Shown here: positions 43,789-46,189 of the stretch, one piece after another | Numbering within the stretch: position 1 is the stretch's first letter | Layout: each line of letters starts with the position of its first letter | Source of the DNA: Mycobacterium sp. | GTDB taxonomy: Bacteria; Actinomycetota; Actinomycetes; Mycobacteriales; Mycobacteriaceae | Length of the DNA stretch: 46,189 bases | Reading direction: 5' to 3' | Assembly (NCBI GenBank): GCA_039922455.1 | Contig: JBDTEP010000122.1 | Span: forward strand, 1 to 46,189 | Translations under genes and position numbers: made by a program | Notes under the pieces: generated by a model | What the model was told of the DNA's origin: nothing | The model's input: only the letters and a program-made list of their open reading frames with translations | The model's database searches: none

Positions 43789-44487
43789 GTGCGGGGTTCG
43801 GTTTTGTTGGGTTTGGTCGTCGTCGGCTGCGTTCTGGCCGCCGGATGCAACGGTCGCGGAGGCGCGGGAAGCACAACCGTCGCCGCGCCGACGCCAACGA
43901 CGACGACCACCGTCGCGCCGGTGGCCGAGGACGGCCTGCGAGCACTGCTGCTCACCGGCGAGCAGGTCAATCCGATCATGGCGGCGACCGACATGGCCGT
44001 CACCCGAACCCACTCCGCATTGTCGGACGACAGCGCCACGATGGAGCCCCGAGAATGCCTGGCCGTCGACGGCGCGGCACAGGCGCAGGTGTACGCCGAC
44101 AGCGGTCACACCGGGGTGCGTGAGCAGGCGCTGAGCGAAGGCGACGACTTCGAGCATTACGTCGATCAGGCGGTCATAGCCTTCCCGTCTGCCGACCAGG
44201 CCGTCGCGTTCTTCTCCGCCGCCGCCCAACAATGGCCGGCCTGCCACGCATACACCCACATCCAGAGCGGCACGAGCTGGACCACCGGGCCGATCGGCAA
44301 CGCCGACGGCATGCTGAGCACCGTCGCGACGCAGGACAACGCCGGCAACGACATCAGCTGGGCCTGTGGGCGGGCCCTGACCGTGGCCAACAACGTCGTC
44401 GTCGACGTCAACACCTGCAGCGCGGACCCGAAGGACACCGCGGTTGTCATCGCGCGGCAGATCGCCGCGAAAGTGCCGAACGGCTGA
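43789..44487 (+). CDS. Lipoprotein with PknH-like extracellular sensor domain
   Basis: Lipobox LAAGC, Thr-rich linker, QAVIAFPS, W.C..CGRAL..NNVVVDV..C; start uncertain. Confidence 0.82.
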   Translation: MRGSVLLGLVVVGCVLAAGCNGRGGAGSTTVAAPTPTTTTTVAPVAEDGLRALLLTGEQVNPIMAATDMAVTRTHSALSDDSATMEPRECLAVDGAAQAQVYADSGHTGVREQALSEGDDFEHYVDQAVIAFPSADQAVAFFSAAAQQWPACHAYTHIQSGTSWTTGPIGNADGMLSTVATQDNAGNDISWACGRALTVANNVVVDVNTCSADPKDTAVVIARQIAAKVPNG

Positions 44488-44490
44488 CCG

Positions 44491-46189
44491 TCAAGGCAGA
44501 TACCAGCCGCGCAGGCGGTGATAACGGTGCCGGCCCAGCAGGGCGTTCGCGGCTTGGAGTCCGGACATGACGGCCGCCTCGATGCATCCGGCGTTCATTC
44601 CCGAGTCGGTCCAGTCGCCGGCCAGAACCAGATTGTCGTAGCCGCTCTCGTCGGCGCGTAGCCGGTAACGGTCGGTGCCGGGGATCGACTGCACATACCG
44701 ATCGGAGGGATCGACGTTGACGCTCACATGCTGGGTACGCAGTGCGGCGCTGCCCGTTTCGCCATCGGCGCCGACGAGCAGGCGCCAGTCGAACCCGCCT
44801 TCGCCGGCCGCACCGGGAAAGAACCGGTGCAGGTGATGGGCGAGGTGGTCGGCGATCTGCCGGTGGACCCGCTGCTGGTGCCGGCGTAGATAACCCGGGC
44901 CGACCTCGACGGTGGGCCAGGGCGCGTTAAGGGTGCCGCAGAAGTAGGCCACCGTGCCAGGGCGGTCGTGCACGGGCCAGTCCTCGGCCCACAGCGTCTG
45001 CGGCATGGACGCCCAGGTCTCGAACGGGGGAAGGTACGCGCTGACCGTCACGCCCGGATCGGGCCAGCCCAGTGTCGGTTCGTCGGGGCACAACCAGATC
45101 TGGAACGCCTGGGTGGCGACGGTGCGGACTTGCGTGGTCATCTGCTGCCACTCCCGCCGGTCCTCGATCAGTTCGTCGGCGACGACGGGCAATATGCCCA
45201 GGGACACCGCCAGTACGACGTGGTCGAAGTCGACACCCCGGCGCAGCACCCGCGACTCGGCGTCGATCCGGTCCGACCAATAGGTTTCCAGCGCATGCCA
45301 GCCGCCGTGGGGAACCTGATCCGGCTCGGCCAACTGGGCGGTCAGAGGTGCGCTGGGAAAGACCGGCAGGCCGTGCACTGTCGTCAACGGTTCGTAACGG
45401 GTGAGGCCGTCAGCGAGGTGCAACTGCCTGCCCATGGTGATCGCGTCGATCGCCAGCCGCCGTTGGTCGAGGTGCAGGGCGTCGACTCGGTTGAAGAACT
45501 CGAACTCGACACCGCGCCGCCGCAAAGCCTGGTACAGCGGAGCGATGACGACGTCACCCATCCCGGCGGTCATCTTCCAGAAGATCGCCCCCTGGTAGCC
45601 GAACAAGACCTGGCCGGTCAGAAAGACCGCCAGGCCCGCGGCGAACGAGGGCCGGCCGGGGTCGGCATCGCGGTACCCGAAGACCAGGTCATACATGCCG
45701 CGCACCAGCGCGAATTCGGTGACGTCCGGGTGCGCGCCGTGTCGGAGGATCCAGGTGTTGAAGTCCTCGTCGTTGATCGCCCGCAGGCCGCGCGGATCGG
45801 TGACCAGGTTGTCGGCCAGGACCCCCCGGATCACCGCGGTCATCAGGGAGAGCAACAGCCATGACCGCCGGTGGTCGGGTCGCCGCTCGTAGTCCAGCGC
45901 GGCCCGCACCGCCTGCAGTGCGTCGTCGATCACTCGGGGCGGGCTGGAGCGGGCAGCCCGGGGATCGGCCAGCGTCAGCAGTACCGCCACCGCGGCGTCG
46001 GCGACCGCGTCGATCCACCGCCTGGTCGGCGGTGGCTCTGGGTGGGTGGACAGCGTGAGCCCGAGCGGGACTGTGCCGCGCAGGGATTCGGCGAAATCGC
46101 GCACCAGTCGCAGCGCGCGGACGGTGAATTCCACCACCGTCATCTCCCGGCCGGCGCACTCCGGATCGCCGGGCAGTCCGTCGGTGCGG
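44491..46189 (-). CDS. FAD/NAD(P)-dependent oxidoreductase (carotene-desaturase-like fold), 5' part outside the window
   Basis: Frame is open to the window edge; GMGDVVIAP, LAGDWT..AGCIEAAVMSG. Confidence 0.75.
   Translation of the reverse strand, partial: RTDGLPGDPECAGREMTVVEFTVRALRLVRDFAESLRGTVPLGLTLSTHPEPPPTRRWIDAVADAAVAVLLTLADPRAARSSPPRVIDDALQAVRAALDYERRPDHRRSWLLLSLMTAVIRGVLADNLVTDPRGLRAINDEDFNTWILRHGAHPDVTEFALVRGMYDLVFGYRDADPGRPSFAAGLAVFLTGQVLFGYQGAIFWKMTAGMGDVVIAPLYQALRRRGVEFEFFNRVDALHLDQRRLAIDAITMGRQLHLADGLTRYEPLTTVHGLPVFPSAPLTAQLAEPDQVPHGGWHALETYWSDRIDAESRVLRRGVDFDHVVLAVSLGILPVVADELIEDRREWQQMTTQVRTVATQAFQIWLCPDEPTLGWPDPGVTVSAYLPPFETWASMPQTLWAEDWPVHDRPGTVAYFCGTLNAPWPTVEVGPGYLRRHQQRVHRQIADHLAHHLHRFFPGAAGEGGFDWRLLVGADGETGSAALRTQHVSVNVDPSDRYVQSIPGTDRYRLRADESGYDNLVLAGDWTDSGMNAGCIEAAVMSGLQAANALLGRHRYHRLRGWYLP

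Overview
High-GC mycobacterial (Mycobacterium/Mycolicibacterium-like) chromosomal segment; gene identities below come from motifs and recalled homology, not from a database search. Bases 1-28357 are the conserved block equivalent to M. tuberculosis Rv2192c-Rv2163c: trpD, DEDD/GIY-YIG nuclease, ripC, pimB', fadD15, SRPBCC-ArsA-acyltransferase operon, mptC, RNase AS, aroG, pknL/Rv2175c, mptA, idsA2, MTHFR, lppM, GNAT, mraZ-rsmH-ftsL-ftsI. The dcw cluster stops after ftsI (no murE in the remaining ~17.8 kb). A short scar with gene debris follows, then a TetR-controlled acyl-CoA catabolic cluster: ligase, two SDRs, an ACAD10/11-LvaC-type dehydrogenase, an APH-type kinase, a heteromeric FadE pair and an MFS transporter. 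It resembles a levulinate/4-hydroxy-acid (lva-like) pathway. It runs into the Rv2765-thyA-dfrA neighbourhood, a YcaQ-like glycosylase, a PknH-like lipoprotein and a truncated FAD oxidoreductase. Main non-obvious signals: three exact PafBC (RecA-NDp) DNA-damage promoter matches (two back-to-back, one in front of an apparently inserted rmuC), a duplicated 23-bp candidate TetR operator, a structured leader (candidate riboswitch) before MTHFR, the mraW RNA motif, two probable CTG starts, and MIRU-like palindromes inserted in frame in a repair gene. I saw no tRNA, rRNA, CRISPR array or transposase.
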